Origin: Octopus bimaculoides
Taxonomy: Eukaryota
Length of the DNA stretch: 64,000 bases
Direction: 5' to 3'
Assembly: GCF_001194135.2 (NCBI RefSeq)
Contig: NC_068982.1
Coordinates: 39,568,919-39,632,918 of the forward strand
Below the pieces are notes generated by a model. The model had not been told where the DNA came from, ran no database searches, and worked only from the letters and a program-made list of their open reading frames with translations. This document shows positions 63,388 to 64,000 of the stretch, piece by piece. A program made the translations under genes and the position numbers. Each line of letters begins with the position of its first letter. Positions within the stretch are counted from its first letter, which is position 1.

Positions 63388-63621
63388 TATTTCTTTACTG
63401 CCCACAAGGGGCTACACACAGATGGGACAAACAAAGACAGACAAACGAATTAAGTCGATTATATCGACCCCAGTGCGTAACTGGTACTTATTTAATCGAC
63501 CCCGAAAAGATGAAAGGCAAAATCGACCTCAGCGGAATTTGAACTCAGAACGCAGCGGCAGACGAAATACCGCTACGCATTTTGCCCGGCGCACTATAAC
63601 GATTCTGCCAGCTCGTCACCT
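63388..63621 (-). mobile_element. SINE family A variant with an alternative 3' tail
   Basis: Standard head and core (63455-63621). 63388-63454 differs from the usual tail. Confidence 0.9.
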
Positions 63622-63789
63622 TGTGAGTACAGATATAACGCCACTTGGACAGCAAGGGAATAGCACTCCCACCTCCCTATAGATCTTGAACTGCCTCTGA
63701 AATTGGTAGAAGAGGCGGAGAAATATACTCTCAAACCGAAAACTTGGTCTCACGGAGTAAATATACACGAATTACATTTACCCTTTTAC

Positions 63790-63900
63790 AATTCTGGCAG
63801 TGTACCCCTCCTGCACTATCAACTTTCTATCGACGCCGGAAAAGATAAAAAGGGCAATACTGATCACGTAGGGATTTGATATGAGCTGGAACACATAGAG
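63790..63900 (-). mobile_element. SINE family A, highly decayed
   Basis: TTCTATCGACGCCGGAAAAGATAAAAAGGGCAA resembles the core. Confidence 0.5.
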
Positions 63901-64000
63901 CTAAAAGTTTTAACCATTGCTCTAATGAATACTAATTTACTTCTGCGTGTCATTAGTATCTCTTTGGCAGTCGTTATCATCTCAGTGTCAAGCTACAATA

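Overview
This is eukaryotic, AT-rich, almost entirely non-coding genomic DNA from a draft assembly, with many N-gaps that mostly sit on microsatellites. The repeat content (several tRNA-headed SINE families, very dense di- and tri-nucleotide microsatellites, R4/Dong, RTE, Penelope and mariner relics) resembles an octopus or other coleoid cephalopod genome. That taxon call is my recollection, not verified. There are no rRNA, tRNA, CRISPR or prokaryotic features, and no intact transposon ORF. The only plausible host coding sequence is one candidate first coding exon (8204-8400, +), so most of the window may be one very large intron. The most interesting signals are: (i) several hammerhead-ribozyme-like cores of the Penelope type, two with both catalytic boxes intact; (ii) head-to-tail pile-ups of R4/Dong-type retroelements in (AAT)n-type microsatellites, including a short family whose copies share a 5' junction and a 3'-UTR hairpin with compensatory base changes; (iii) closely spaced inverted SINE pairs and SINEs with recognisable target-site duplications. 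All alignments and translations were done by eye, and boundaries are approximate unless stated.
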